Positions 39,801 through 49,575 of a DNA stretch of 64,000 bases are shown here, one piece after another (positions within the stretch are counted from its first letter, which is position 1; every line of letters begins with the position of its first letter). The notes beneath the pieces are model-generated. The model made no database searches and was not told the origin of the DNA. It was given only the letters and a program-made list of their open reading frames with translations. The stretch comes from a virus (Duplodnaviria > Heunggongvirae > Uroviricota > Caudoviricetes). The stretch lies in IMG/VR virus record IMGVR_UViG_3300042691_010651; one strand, given 5' to 3'. Made by a program: the position numbers and the translations under genes.

Positions 39801-42800
39801 AATATTATTTAGTTCTGATAAACCTGTATATTCTTCAAGAATAGTCTCTAAAGAAGATGATACAATATATAGAGAATATATTAAATCTTCATCATTACCA
39901 TTAATTCCTCAATTTACTCAAGGTTTAGAAATAGATAAACTTAGAGTAGCTATGGAGAAATTACAAAATTCTTCTAGTAAATCTGTACGTGCTGCATTTA
40001 ATACTGCTACTAAATTAGGAGGTAAGCAAAGTATTAATATCTGGAATACAGATGGAACTATAAAAGATGATTTAGATTTAACATCTTATGCAGTAGAACT
40101 TGATAGAAGTAACTTTGGTATTCAACAAGAAATACCTTATGATGAAACTAAAGATGAAACTGTAAGATCAACTCAAGTACTTAAATTATTATTTGATAGT
40201 ATTGAAGAAGTATCTGGTTTTAGATATGATAATAAAGTATATAGTGGACAAGAATTAAAGAAAATATATGATGATTTACAAAATCAAATATATGAAGATG
40301 GTTTGAAATCTATTGAAAAAAGAATAGTAAAGAATGGACAACTTAATAAACCAGAACTAATAAAGCTATTAAAAGGAGAAGGTATTAAAAGAAATTATTC
40401 TCCTGCTCAAATAAGTTTCTTAATAAGTAACTTAGAAAATACAGATTTTGAAATACCTTTTTGGGCACACACAAATAATGATAAAGAGCAATCAATGCTT
40501 ACTTCTATCTGGACTAACAAAGTCTTGAAGCAAAAGATGCCTGGAGGTTCTTATGTACTTGTATCAGAAGAAGGTATGCAAGGAAAATCAGTAGGCGCTT
40601 TATATTCTCAATCTTATGATCCTGCTACTGGTTTAAAACCTATGAGGATTGTTTATAAAAAAGATACTGAACAATTAGAAGAAGAAGAATATAAAAAATT
40701 ATCTAAAGCTGATAGAGAAGGATATAGAGAAATTGTAAAACCTGCTCAAGTTATAATGTCTTGGAACTTGAGAGATCAGAATGGAAAGTTATTAAATCAA
40801 AATGATTATATCACAACAGATGAACAAGGTAATAAATTCCTAGATACTAAAAAAATACCTAAAGAATTATTAAATCAATTTGGATTTAGAATACCAAATC
40901 AAGGACATAATTCTATGTCATTGATAGAAATAGTTGGATTCTTACCAGATATATATCAAGGTGTAGTAATTGCAAGTAGAAATTTTGTAACTCAAATGGG
41001 TTCAGATTTCGATGTTGACAAGCTATATGTATATAACTATTATTTAAATGCAGATAAAGAAGGTAATCTTTCTAAACAAGATGATGCAAAAAATAAATTA
41101 GTTGATATACATAAATCAGTATTATATAACAAATCAGTATTTGAATCAGTAGTTAAACCTCTTGATTTAGGAAAAATTAGTTATGAAACTGCTGATGGCA
41201 AGAAAGGTGGTATAGCTGAAAAGATAAAAAAACAAGAGAATACTAATAAAGAAAATTATCTTAATCCTGATTATTCTAAAAACAAATATTTACAATCAGT
41301 AGATGGTAAAGCTATGGTTGGTATTACTTCTGTAAGTAATACATTTAGTACGCTATTACAAGGAAAAGAAATATCCTTACAAAAAGTAGTAGTTATAAAT
41401 GATGAAAAACAATATGTACCAAATTATATAATTTTTGAGGTAGACGGTAAAATAAAAGAATTTTCAGATTTAAGTTCTGCATTTACATATTCTGGAAGAA
41501 AGAAAAATGAACTTCATCAATCAATTCAATCTGCATCTGTAGATAATGGTAACAATCCTATATTATCTTATATTAACGTAAATCCTGCAACATCATCTGC
41601 ATTAACATTAATGCTTGATTTAGGATTAGAAGAAGATGAGATATATGGATTACTTGCTCAACCAATACTTAAAGAATATACAAAAAGAGTAAAATTAAGT
41701 AAAAGTAAGTTACAAGATGAAGTAAAAAAAGAAGAAGATATATTACTTGATCTTATAAAAGAAAATAGTGTACTATACAACGAATTAAGTACTAAACTTA
41801 AAATGGATGATCTAGAAAATTATCCATTATCTAAAAATCATTTTAATCAAGTTTTATTTAATGAAGGTAAAACTGACTTAACTAATGAAGAAATTCAAGT
41901 ACTAGTTTTACAAAAGTTTGCACAACTTAAAGAAATAGGAGATAAGTTATCAAGATTTCAGAATCTATTAAATATAGAATCTAAAGGAGTCGGTAAAAGT
42001 TTATTAGATTTATCTGATAGAAGAACTTCTATTGATAAATTATTTAACTCAATTCAGTTTAAAAATATAAACAAATTAGTTGGTGAATTTGATGAAGGAG
42101 AATTGACTCCTAATACTATTACTGGTTATGCACTTACAAATTCAATATTTGCTGCTGATGATGTAATTAAGAACTCTAACTTAATGCCTTACTCAACAGA
42201 GGAATTTAAAAAGTTACTAAAACAATACGAGAGTATTACAAACAAAGAACCTAATACTGATCAAAAATATGAAGTATGGAAAGCTATAAAAGCTTTTATA
42301 TTCTCTAACTACTTTGATCCTACTGAAAGAACTAGAATATTCTTTGATGGTAAAGATAACAAATCATTAAATACAAGAATAAATGCTTTAAGAAAAACTA
42401 AACTTAAAAATAATCAATTTATTTTAAGATTAGATTTATCTAAAGTAGATTTAAGTGGAAAAAATCCTTCTTATGTATTTTATAATTCTTCAAAAGAAGC
42501 TGATATAGAAGAATTAAATACTTACAAGAGTTTCTATGAATTAGTATATAATGAAGATCCAGAGATAGTATCAATAGGACAAGATTTAATTAGATATTTT
42601 TATCTTAATGGAGGTATAACTAACTCGAAAGATTGGGGTAGATTTATAGATGCTTCTATGCTTACCAACATAGGATTATCAGAATTTGCAAAAACAGTAA
42701 ACTTTTCTATACCAGAAACTTATGGTTATAAACCAGAAATTTCTGATGTACTATTACAATTATTTCAACACAAACCTTATTTAACAGTTAGATTAAATAA

Positions 42801-45800
42801 TACTGCTGATGTTAAAATAAAAGACGGAGTAATAACTATTAATAAAGAAAAAATACCTAGAGAATTAATATCTGCTAGTTCTACAAAACCTGTAGTTGTA
42901 TTTAATTTAAATAAGAAATTATATAAACTAGATAATAGAGATGAAGATGGTAATTATATCTATCGTTCTATTCCAACTTTAGGTAAGAAATTCTTTAATG
43001 AATATCAACAAGACAAAGTAGATAATCCTGTAGATTTTCAAATAAGAGAAACTGTTAATAATCCACAGACTTATCCTAATCCTTTTGTAGAAGATGAGTT
43101 TGATGGTATATTAGATGTTACTGTATCAGAAGCATTATCTAATATAAACAATAATAAATATCATAAAGAACTAGTTAATCTATTTAAGAAATTAGAAGGT
43201 ATTATAGGAAATATTAAAATAGAATCTACAGAAGAAGTAGGTTACTTTGGTAGATGGGATCAAAAGACTATCGGAGTAAGTTTAAAAGAATTAGAAGATA
43301 AAGGAAGATTAAATAGAGAAACTGTAGAATCTACAATATTAAAAGAGATTGTACATGTTCTTAATACAAAACTATTTAGATCAGAATTTACTCCTACACC
43401 AGAGCAAATACAAGCTAGAGCAGCTATAAATACTTTATACAATTCTATAAGAGAAAGAGTATTATCTGGAGAACTTACTCAATGGAATAGTGCTGATTTT
43501 ATTAAATACGAAAGTATATTAGCAAAACTTAGAAGTAAAAAAGGAGTAACAGATCAAGAGAATGAATTTTTACTTACTAATAAAGCAAAGTTTTATGGCT
43601 TAACTAATGTAGAAGATTTCTTACATGATGCTTTATTACAAGAAGAATTTAGAGATTTATTAAATTCTATACCTTATGATGCTGATAAATCTTTACTTGA
43701 TAGATTTATAGATTTAATATCTGAGATACTTAATAAGTTTGGTAAATTAGTTAATATTAATAAAGGATCAGCTCTTGAAGAAGCATTTGTTCAGTTAATT
43801 AAGTTAACAAATGAAACAAATCAACAGTCAGATAATACAACTCAAGATGAACAAATTTTCTATGATTTAGCAGAAAAGAAAATCAAGAAAGAAGAACAAA
43901 AGAATTATGAAAAAGTAATTAAAGATTTTGAAGTAAGAGAAAAAAGAATTAGTGAAGATATAACTAAAGCAAATGCAAACAAAGATAAAGTTTTAGCTAC
44001 TACACTTACTAATAGATTAAAAGAAATAAGATTAGAAAAAGAAGAACTAATTGCAGATAACACTTTAGAAACTTTAATTAAGTTTGCTAATAATGATTTT
44101 AAATATATAGAATCTATTTTAGCAAAACCAGAGTTAAATGAAAGTGAATTAGAAAGAAGTTCTTTATACTTAGGTACTTGGTCTAATATAGATAACATAG
44201 ATATTTATAAAATTTTATCTAGTTATGATGTTAGAACTGAATCACCTAAAGCAATTATATTTAAAGAAATAGCTGAAAAAGCTAAAAGATTAAATACAAG
44301 AATTGAAGAAGCAAAAATAGAAGTAGAAATACAATTAGTGCAAGATTTATTAAAAAGAAATGTATCAAGAGATCAATTAACTGTACATTCTGATGTAGGA
44401 TATACTCAATCAAAAACTAGAGATATATCTACATCTAATAATGTAATTCTTGATGTAGTAGATCAATTAATTCGTACTGCTGATTTTGCAACAACTACAG
44501 AATTAAATAAACTAATTAAACGAGTAGAAGATTTAACTGAAAAATTATCTAAATTAAACATTACTTCAAGAGAGGATTTTGCTAGAGTATTTGGTCAAGT
44601 AGATGAAGATGGACAACTAACAGGTTCAGTAGTAAGTGCTTTATCTTATGAATATTTTAGAGTTAGAGATTTACTATTAGAGAACATAAAAGATGCACCT
44701 AATCCTGGAGCTAAGAAAAAAGCATCAGAAAAGTATTATAATTGGATAAAAGAAAATCATATTATAGTTGATCCAAACAAATTGTATCAAGAAGATAATG
44801 ATGGTATATTTATCTATAAACCAGATGCAAAATATCTACAAGCATTAGAAAAAGAATTAGGTGAAGATTATCAAAAAGTAATTAAAGAAGCAAAAGAAAA
44901 GACAGAAGAATATAATGATTTGTTAAGATTGCAAATAGAAGCTACTAAAGATAATCCTGATGCAGCTAGAATATTAGAAACATGGAAACTAGAAAATAGT
45001 CCATTAATCTACATTGATAACTTAGTAAATGGATTAACTATTAGAAAGAGTGAAGGAAAAATTATATATAATCATGGATGGCAATTTATATCTAAAAGAG
45101 CTAAATCTCAATGGGAAGATTCTAAATATAATGAACTTCAAAAAAATGATGATTTAAAAGAATATTACGATTGGTATGTATCTACAATGAAAGAGTTGAA
45201 TGAATACTTACCGTATAATGTTAGAAAGAATCTTAAATCAACTGATATTCCTTCAATAAGCAAGAAGTTACTTGAGGAGTTACATGATACTGGTATAAAC
45301 AAATATGCAAATAGAACTTGGAGTGCTTTATTAGAAGAACTTAGTGTTAAGAAAAATGAAGTACAAAAACTTGTAAATCCAGAGACAGGTAAAGAAGAAA
45401 AACAATTTAGTTTTCAATACTTAGAAGAATTAGATCCAAAAGATAAATCTTATAATCTTACTCAAGTAATTAAATTATTTGCAGCACAAGCAATTGGATA
45501 TAAACATAAATCTCAAATTGAAGATAAGATAAGACTTTCTCAATCTATATTAGATAATGCTTTAGAAACTGATAAAGTTGGTAAAACTACAACTACAAAA
45601 GGATTAGCTAATTTAAGAAGTCAACTTAATTATGCAATAGATGCAGGTTTATATGGAATAAAGAAAGATAATAAAGAAGGTAGATCAAATATTCAATTTA
45701 TAACATCAGCAGATAAAGAAAAATTAGCAAGAGAAATACAAAAAATTGAAGCATCTGATATGACAGATGTAAAGAAAGCAAATGCTATAAGTAAAGCTAC

Positions 45801-47079
45801 AGAAAAATATACTAGAGTTTTAACTTGGTCAAAAGTAGGTGATACTTTATTACAATATACTCAACTTAAAGGTATGGGTTGGAATATATTTGGTGGAGTA
45901 AACAATGCTTTATTTGGTCAATTAGCTAATGCTAACTGGGCAGCAACTGGAGTTGATTATTCAGATGATGATTTACAAAAAGCAATTGGTACAATGCTAA
46001 TTGCTCAATCTCCAAATGATTCTTCTACAAGAAAAAAGGTTGAATCTTTAATGATTAAATTTAATACAGTAAAACAACTTAGAGATAAAATATATAGTGC
46101 TACAACTAACTATAACAAAGCTAGAAAAGGACTTCAAAAATTATCTCCATATGAGTTATATGCACAAGGTGAATATTTTGTACAAGGTCAAGTTATGGTG
46201 GCATTACTTAATGCTACTAAAGTAAAAGTAACAGAAGATGGAGTAGAAAAAGAAATAAGCTTATTTGAAGCATTTGATGAAAATGGTAATTGGAATACTG
46301 AAAAATTTGGAGAAAATTCAGAGTATTCAGAGTTAGGAGCTAACACTTTAAAATTCAAGTTCAAGTTAGATAGCTTATTGAAAAAGATACATGGTAACTA
46401 CGATCCTAATGCTAATATAGCTATTAATGAGAAGTTTGTAGGTCGTGCTTTAATTCAATTTAGAAGATGGATTCCAGAAGGTGTTGCTCAAAGATTTGAT
46501 GGAGAAAAGTATGATAACTATCTAGAAAGAACAACTAAAGGTAGATACTTAACATATTACGATTTAGGTTGGAAAAATTCACTAAAAACTTTATTGAAAT
46601 TAGCTATTACTAGAGGTAAAGATTCTTCTTTTAAAGATTTAAATCTAGAAGAAGATAATCTAAATATAGTAAAAGAAAACATGAAGAAGAATCTTAGAGA
46701 GATTTATTTCAAACTTTCTATGATGGGTATGTTCATGTTATTATCTGGACTAGACGATGATGATGAATGGACTAGAAGAGCTAAAAACTATAGTCTTAAC
46801 ACAATACTTAGATTACAAGATGATATTGAGTTTTATTATAGTCCTATGGCTTTTGATAATATAACTAGATCAGCACTTCCTGTATCAAGTATAATTGTAG
46901 ATTTTGCTAAATTTAGTGACAGTTTTGTAGATACATTAGAAGGTAATGGAGAATATAAATCTGGTAAACATTCTGGTGATAGTAAGTTGTTATGGAAAGG
47001 AGCTAAGTTGTTACCTCTTACAACAGCAGTTACTAACTTAATTAATAAAGGAGAAGCTCAAGAAAGTTTTAGAAAATAA
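36808..47079 (+). CDS. giant (3423 aa) virion-associated RNA polymerase-like protein with a multisubunit-RNAP β′ double-psi-beta-barrel catalytic motif
   Basis: Residues about 1361-1404: FRIPNQGH ... (33 aa) ... MGSDFDVDKLYVY. This matches the β′ NRAPTLH ... NADFDGDQMAVH module, with a DxDxD metal triad at 41005-41019. Gene size and position after the structural genes are typical of crAss-like ejected RNAPs. Confidence 0.6.
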   Translation: MKACPNTNSLEWKLLEKKAGLYDAAFDLFIQNGEETPSIEQIEEYFKGKELIPTDKEGLITYLKSKKAPNGANLFREEEGQLKIVNKKGSDYNLSNAYKVLGSINSQFPGKVKLSKDRFGKIVVSVIEGQLPLFDLPSTNTTNNLLLPGFKSFYQQKEVVDVLSSSVLAYYRDNKQEKLLYSKAIESIKQNITDINKSDPREVYQLILNNLDALSLEVRDKLQALRLIAKPKLEGTSLDKSTEVTEDEEGVEGAEVVGSQGQDEWVFQYDSKDNALEAIKKFLAFIPKTVYNKSDDSFKLVESIIPKQPVFLSYDEVYEQLKSVLAGVDNTWEAMEEELRLNAKGKPFINTLLKKINNYKEDKEQLKRQFVSTMSSSYGNFKTIIVKDRTDREGNILGQYFNVIDTDRTSIEKTIISKWQGDFKRSNLFDEVDGDLILSKEKVEEYRKRLKEIKEEPTLENVKEVLEKIGITISDNTLDRLVNGVVNRLSINQQFTSDSGLFKLIDLRLGAKEVKEGEDEFNELDEETIVNDPTVNNSAIRALAKLDSYNNESYYSNTFKDGEGNTVYSYTFNKFLTKEFNKILNDDNHVKSLLDITFNKPIFNGETPIYDTWLYLRDTKPELFKEIFTISPLDTLKVGKDGTKLSSMSDLDLEITQLALMQNSGSRKKGLGGEDTKGTRIIKYLITVPDKTTSYVVQGTGIDVKLFFDKEGYRIGKRTIDALYSVVASEHNRILSQQARKSENKAYNKGSNFFFFFPTLNDLIFNKDENGKKTTVKLPTDKIGDKTVEQIIKEELNRIIKNDVSNKLQQWKELGISSQTLKLVDYNYLQKILASQTDDQNNQLTLAAADYIVNSILAKFNSHQTFIDDPAVYFKTDVATTWDNVGKRLTNLIAPFKEGMIDSTNKYFLSVKLADIESSALNNAQLAARLSKYYEDNNIGLPYDAIKGTDAQEYITLTEKLKVMYMYGEISTKLYNDLLEKIKTQGNNLVLTKDELEKILFSSDKPVYSSRIVSKEDDTIYREYIKSSSLPLIPQFTQGLEIDKLRVAMEKLQNSSSKSVRAAFNTATKLGGKQSINIWNTDGTIKDDLDLTSYAVELDRSNFGIQQEIPYDETKDETVRSTQVLKLLFDSIEEVSGFRYDNKVYSGQELKKIYDDLQNQIYEDGLKSIEKRIVKNGQLNKPELIKLLKGEGIKRNYSPAQISFLISNLENTDFEIPFWAHTNNDKEQSMLTSIWTNKVLKQKMPGGSYVLVSEEGMQGKSVGALYSQSYDPATGLKPMRIVYKKDTEQLEEEEYKKLSKADREGYREIVKPAQVIMSWNLRDQNGKLLNQNDYITTDEQGNKFLDTKKIPKELLNQFGFRIPNQGHNSMSLIEIVGFLPDIYQGVVIASRNFVTQMGSDFDVDKLYVYNYYLNADKEGNLSKQDDAKNKLVDIHKSVLYNKSVFESVVKPLDLGKISYETADGKKGGIAEKIKKQENTNKENYLNPDYSKNKYLQSVDGKAMVGITSVSNTFSTLLQGKEISLQKVVVINDEKQYVPNYIIFEVDGKIKEFSDLSSAFTYSGRKKNELHQSIQSASVDNGNNPILSYINVNPATSSALTLMLDLGLEEDEIYGLLAQPILKEYTKRVKLSKSKLQDEVKKEEDILLDLIKENSVLYNELSTKLKMDDLENYPLSKNHFNQVLFNEGKTDLTNEEIQVLVLQKFAQLKEIGDKLSRFQNLLNIESKGVGKSLLDLSDRRTSIDKLFNSIQFKNINKLVGEFDEGELTPNTITGYALTNSIFAADDVIKNSNLMPYSTEEFKKLLKQYESITNKEPNTDQKYEVWKAIKAFIFSNYFDPTERTRIFFDGKDNKSLNTRINALRKTKLKNNQFILRLDLSKVDLSGKNPSYVFYNSSKEADIEELNTYKSFYELVYNEDPEIVSIGQDLIRYFYLNGGITNSKDWGRFIDASMLTNIGLSEFAKTVNFSIPETYGYKPEISDVLLQLFQHKPYLTVRLNNTADVKIKDGVITINKEKIPRELISASSTKPVVVFNLNKKLYKLDNRDEDGNYIYRSIPTLGKKFFNEYQQDKVDNPVDFQIRETVNNPQTYPNPFVEDEFDGILDVTVSEALSNINNNKYHKELVNLFKKLEGIIGNIKIESTEEVGYFGRWDQKTIGVSLKELEDKGRLNRETVESTILKEIVHVLNTKLFRSEFTPTPEQIQARAAINTLYNSIRERVLSGELTQWNSADFIKYESILAKLRSKKGVTDQENEFLLTNKAKFYGLTNVEDFLHDALLQEEFRDLLNSIPYDADKSLLDRFIDLISEILNKFGKLVNINKGSALEEAFVQLIKLTNETNQQSDNTTQDEQIFYDLAEKKIKKEEQKNYEKVIKDFEVREKRISEDITKANANKDKVLATTLTNRLKEIRLEKEELIADNTLETLIKFANNDFKYIESILAKPELNESELERSSLYLGTWSNIDNIDIYKILSSYDVRTESPKAIIFKEIAEKAKRLNTRIEEAKIEVEIQLVQDLLKRNVSRDQLTVHSDVGYTQSKTRDISTSNNVILDVVDQLIRTADFATTTELNKLIKRVEDLTEKLSKLNITSREDFARVFGQVDEDGQLTGSVVSALSYEYFRVRDLLLENIKDAPNPGAKKKASEKYYNWIKENHIIVDPNKLYQEDNDGIFIYKPDAKYLQALEKELGEDYQKVIKEAKEKTEEYNDLLRLQIEATKDNPDAARILETWKLENSPLIYIDNLVNGLTIRKSEGKIIYNHGWQFISKRAKSQWEDSKYNELQKNDDLKEYYDWYVSTMKELNEYLPYNVRKNLKSTDIPSISKKLLEELHDTGINKYANRTWSALLEELSVKKNEVQKLVNPETGKEEKQFSFQYLEELDPKDKSYNLTQVIKLFAAQAIGYKHKSQIEDKIRLSQSILDNALETDKVGKTTTTKGLANLRSQLNYAIDAGLYGIKKDNKEGRSNIQFITSADKEKLAREIQKIEASDMTDVKKANAISKATEKYTRVLTWSKVGDTLLQYTQLKGMGWNIFGGVNNALFGQLANANWAATGVDYSDDDLQKAIGTMLIAQSPNDSSTRKKVESLMIKFNTVKQLRDKIYSATTNYNKARKGLQKLSPYELYAQGEYFVQGQVMVALLNATKVKVTEDGVEKEISLFEAFDENGNWNTEKFGENSEYSELGANTLKFKFKLDSLLKKIHGNYDPNANIAINEKFVGRALIQFRRWIPEGVAQRFDGEKYDNYLERTTKGRYLTYYDLGWKNSLKTLLKLAITRGKDSSFKDLNLEEDNLNIVKENMKKNLREIYFKLSMMGMFMLLSGLDDDDEWTRRAKNYSLNTILRLQDDIEFYYSPMAFDNITRSALPVSSIIVDFAKFSDSFVDTLEGNGEYKSGKHSGDSKLLWKGAKLLPLTTAVTNLINKGEAQESFRK

Positions 47080-47080
47080 T

Positions 47081-47097
47081 TACTAGCGATCTTTTTA
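47081..47097 (+). repeat. copy 2 of exact 17-mer TACTAGCGATCTTTTTA
   Basis: Begins 2 nt after the stop of the giant gene and opens a 70-bp intergenic region before the fibre-module genes. Confidence 0.6.
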
Positions 47098-47150
47098 ACG
47101 CCTATTGCCCAAACAACGCTTTTTAACTATATTTTCAGAAAATATGAAAT

Positions 47151-47858
47151 ATGGCATTGACAAGAATTTGGGGAATAACAAAAACAACAGTAGATATTTC
47201 TCAAGCTGTTTTTGTTGATAGTACTGTATATGGTACACCAGAGTTAAATAGAAATCAAGAAGCTCATTATGTACTAATAGCTAAAATGGATGAAAATCAA
47301 GTATTATCATTCATTTCTGGAATTGACAATTCTGCACCTTTAACAGCAACTAATTATAGTTTTGCAAATTCTGTAGATGGAGCATATCGTATGTTTCAAT
47401 TTAATCCTCCTTTTTATTCTGGTACAGGAACATATACTAAAGAAGTATCTTCTGGAGGTGTAGTATCTGTATATGCTGATATTGTTTGGCATCCTGGAAC
47501 TGCAAAATTCTATAAAGCAATAGCTACTAGTTTTACAGCAATAGAACCTGGAGTTACTGTTGGATGGGCAACATCTTGGCAAGCTGATCCTGACTTTACA
47601 TTAGAAGTATCTAATACTAAGACTAATACTTTTATTAAAGATGATATTATAACATTTAGATATGAAGATTGTCTTGTAGAATATATTGATGAAACTACTG
47701 ATGATATATTATGTGGATTATGTACAAGTTGGGATAAACTATTTCCAACATTATCTGCACAATTATTATTAGATGGAGCTAATTCTAATAATTGGCAAAA
47801 CAAACAAACTAGATCAGAAATTATAATTAAAGCTGCAACTAAACAATTCTGCTGCTAA
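47151..47858 (+). CDS. hypothetical tail-associated protein (235 aa)
   Basis: ATG start. First gene of the fibre module. Confidence 0.55.
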   Translation: MALTRIWGITKTTVDISQAVFVDSTVYGTPELNRNQEAHYVLIAKMDENQVLSFISGIDNSAPLTATNYSFANSVDGAYRMFQFNPPFYSGTGTYTKEVSSGGVVSVYADIVWHPGTAKFYKAIATSFTAIEPGVTVGWATSWQADPDFTLEVSNTKTNTFIKDDIITFRYEDCLVEYIDETTDDILCGLCTSWDKLFPTLSAQLLLDGANSNNWQNKQTRSEIIIKAATKQFCC

Positions 47859-49558
47859 TGCTTGATCCTAACTTACAAAGTATTATATCAAAAGCTTATG
47901 CAAAAATAGGAGATATTTCCTATGCAATAGCTTTAAAGATGAAAATAGGTAAAAATACATTACCTGCTCAAAGAGCTTTGTTTGAACAAGGAATAAAAAT
48001 GTCTATAATATTAAAGATATTAACTAGACAGATTAAATTTGATCCTGTCACTAATATACCTACATTATATAGACTTACAGAGTTACAAGTAAATAGATTA
48101 GTAAGATGTTTAGTTCAATTAGGAGAATTAAATAAATATCCTGTTGTTCCTTCTTTATTACCTAACGTAACTCCTGTAATACTAAATCAAGGACTACAAG
48201 GAAATCCTGGATCATCAATTACTGGACCAAAAGGTGATCCTGGAGTTGCTACTGATTTTTCTGTAATAAATGCAAATACAACTGTAATAGTTGATTCTTT
48301 TTTACTCACAGATGCAAAAGCTGCTAAATGGGAATACTTTATATTAAGTAATACAGGAAAACAAAGAGCTAGTACAGTAATAGGACATTGGAAAGCTGAT
48401 GGAAGTTTAGCAACATCATCTGATTTTGGAGCAGAAGATTTAACTGGAGATACAACAGGTTTAGTAGAATTTGATATAAATATAAGTGGATCAAATGTTC
48501 AATTAGTAGCAACTATAAGTAGTGAAACATGGGCAATAACTGGTTCAAGAGAATTTATTCCTAGAAATGGTAATGGTACAGGAGTAGTAAACAATGTATT
48601 ACCTTTAGGTCAATTTTATATAGGTAATGTATCTAATCAAGCTCAAGCATTTGCTATAACAGGAGATGTAACATTTAGTCCTACAGGAGTTGCTTCAATT
48701 ACAGCAAATTCTATTATAGATGCAGATATTAATGCAACAGCTAATATAGCATTAACTAAATTAGCTTCTTTAAATAACAATATAGTTCCAATAACAAATG
48801 GGTCTGGTAAACTAATATCATCAACTCTTAATCCTACAACATTAGGATATGTAGATATTGATTCTTCTTTAACTGGATTATTAGCAAGTAAGTTAACAAG
48901 TCCTCTTACAACATTAGGAGATTTACTTGTTCATAATGGTACAATTCCAATTAGATTAGGTATAGGTACAAACAATCAAGTATTAACAGTAGTTGGAGGA
49001 AGTGCTACTTGGCAAAATGTTCCTGCTGGAATAAGTGGTTTATCAACAAATTATTTACCAAAAGCAAGTTCTTCTACAACACTAACTAATAGTATTATTT
49101 CAGAATTTACTCCTGGAGAAATTCTAGTATCAGGAAATTTAAGTGCAGTTGCTGCAATTAAAACTAATACTACAGGAGAATTTCCATTAGGATTTAGAAC
49201 AGAATCTTCTGGAAGCTACATAAGATATAAAATAGTTGACTTTGGTGTTAACTTAGATATGCAAGAAAATGTTGCTATTAATCATGGACTTAACTACCAA
49301 AAAATTTTAAGTTATGATGGATTTGTCTATGATAATACTAGAACACTAAAAAATAAAATAGGAGGTAGAAAAAACTTTTATAGTACAACTTCTACGGACT
49401 CTACAGATATAGCGTTTTTAGATTACAATGGCGGTATACAAGGGTTAGATTCTTCATATATAATTGTCTGTAGGAGACCAGCATCTATTGGTGGTAGTTA
49501 TGATGATCCCGGTTACAGTAATGCGTTAATTAGATTAATTATTTGGTATGAAGCTTAA
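47858..49558 (+). CDS. tail fibre protein (566 aa), paralogous at its N-terminal module to the next gene
   Basis: Collagen-like GLQGNPGSSITGPKGDPG. Shared module GQFYIGNVSNQAQAFAITGDVTF..GVA... and an LTVVGGSATWQ repeat motif. Confidence 0.6.
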   Translation: MLDPNLQSIISKAYAKIGDISYAIALKMKIGKNTLPAQRALFEQGIKMSIILKILTRQIKFDPVTNIPTLYRLTELQVNRLVRCLVQLGELNKYPVVPSLLPNVTPVILNQGLQGNPGSSITGPKGDPGVATDFSVINANTTVIVDSFLLTDAKAAKWEYFILSNTGKQRASTVIGHWKADGSLATSSDFGAEDLTGDTTGLVEFDINISGSNVQLVATISSETWAITGSREFIPRNGNGTGVVNNVLPLGQFYIGNVSNQAQAFAITGDVTFSPTGVASITANSIIDADINATANIALTKLASLNNNIVPITNGSGKLISSTLNPTTLGYVDIDSSLTGLLASKLTSPLTTLGDLLVHNGTIPIRLGIGTNNQVLTVVGGSATWQNVPAGISGLSTNYLPKASSSTTLTNSIISEFTPGEILVSGNLSAVAAIKTNTTGEFPLGFRTESSGSYIRYKIVDFGVNLDMQENVAINHGLNYQKILSYDGFVYDNTRTLKNKIGGRKNFYSTTSTDSTDIAFLDYNGGIQGLDSSYIIVCRRPASIGGSYDDPGYSNALIRLIIWYEA

Positions 49559-49575
49559 TAGCTTAAATAATAAAA

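Noticed and set aside
6382-47803. Many short antisense or out-of-frame ORFs in the six-frame track (for example 6382..6567, 8952..9149, 9155..9370, 10540..10743, 12507..12689, 12900..13106, 16187..16480, 16993..17187, 18589..18816, 21888..22100, 23008..23244, 25661..25873, 29890..30093, 35819..36013, 36501..36686, 37677..37880, 39015..39227, 43260..43442, 43905..44198, 47340..47582, 47510..47803, 53400..53591, 1747..1944)
   Set aside because: Each is fully embedded in, or antisense to, a longer ORF with coherent composition and translational coupling. Their products are low-complexity Leu/Ile/Phe/Ser strings typical of antisense AT-rich DNA.
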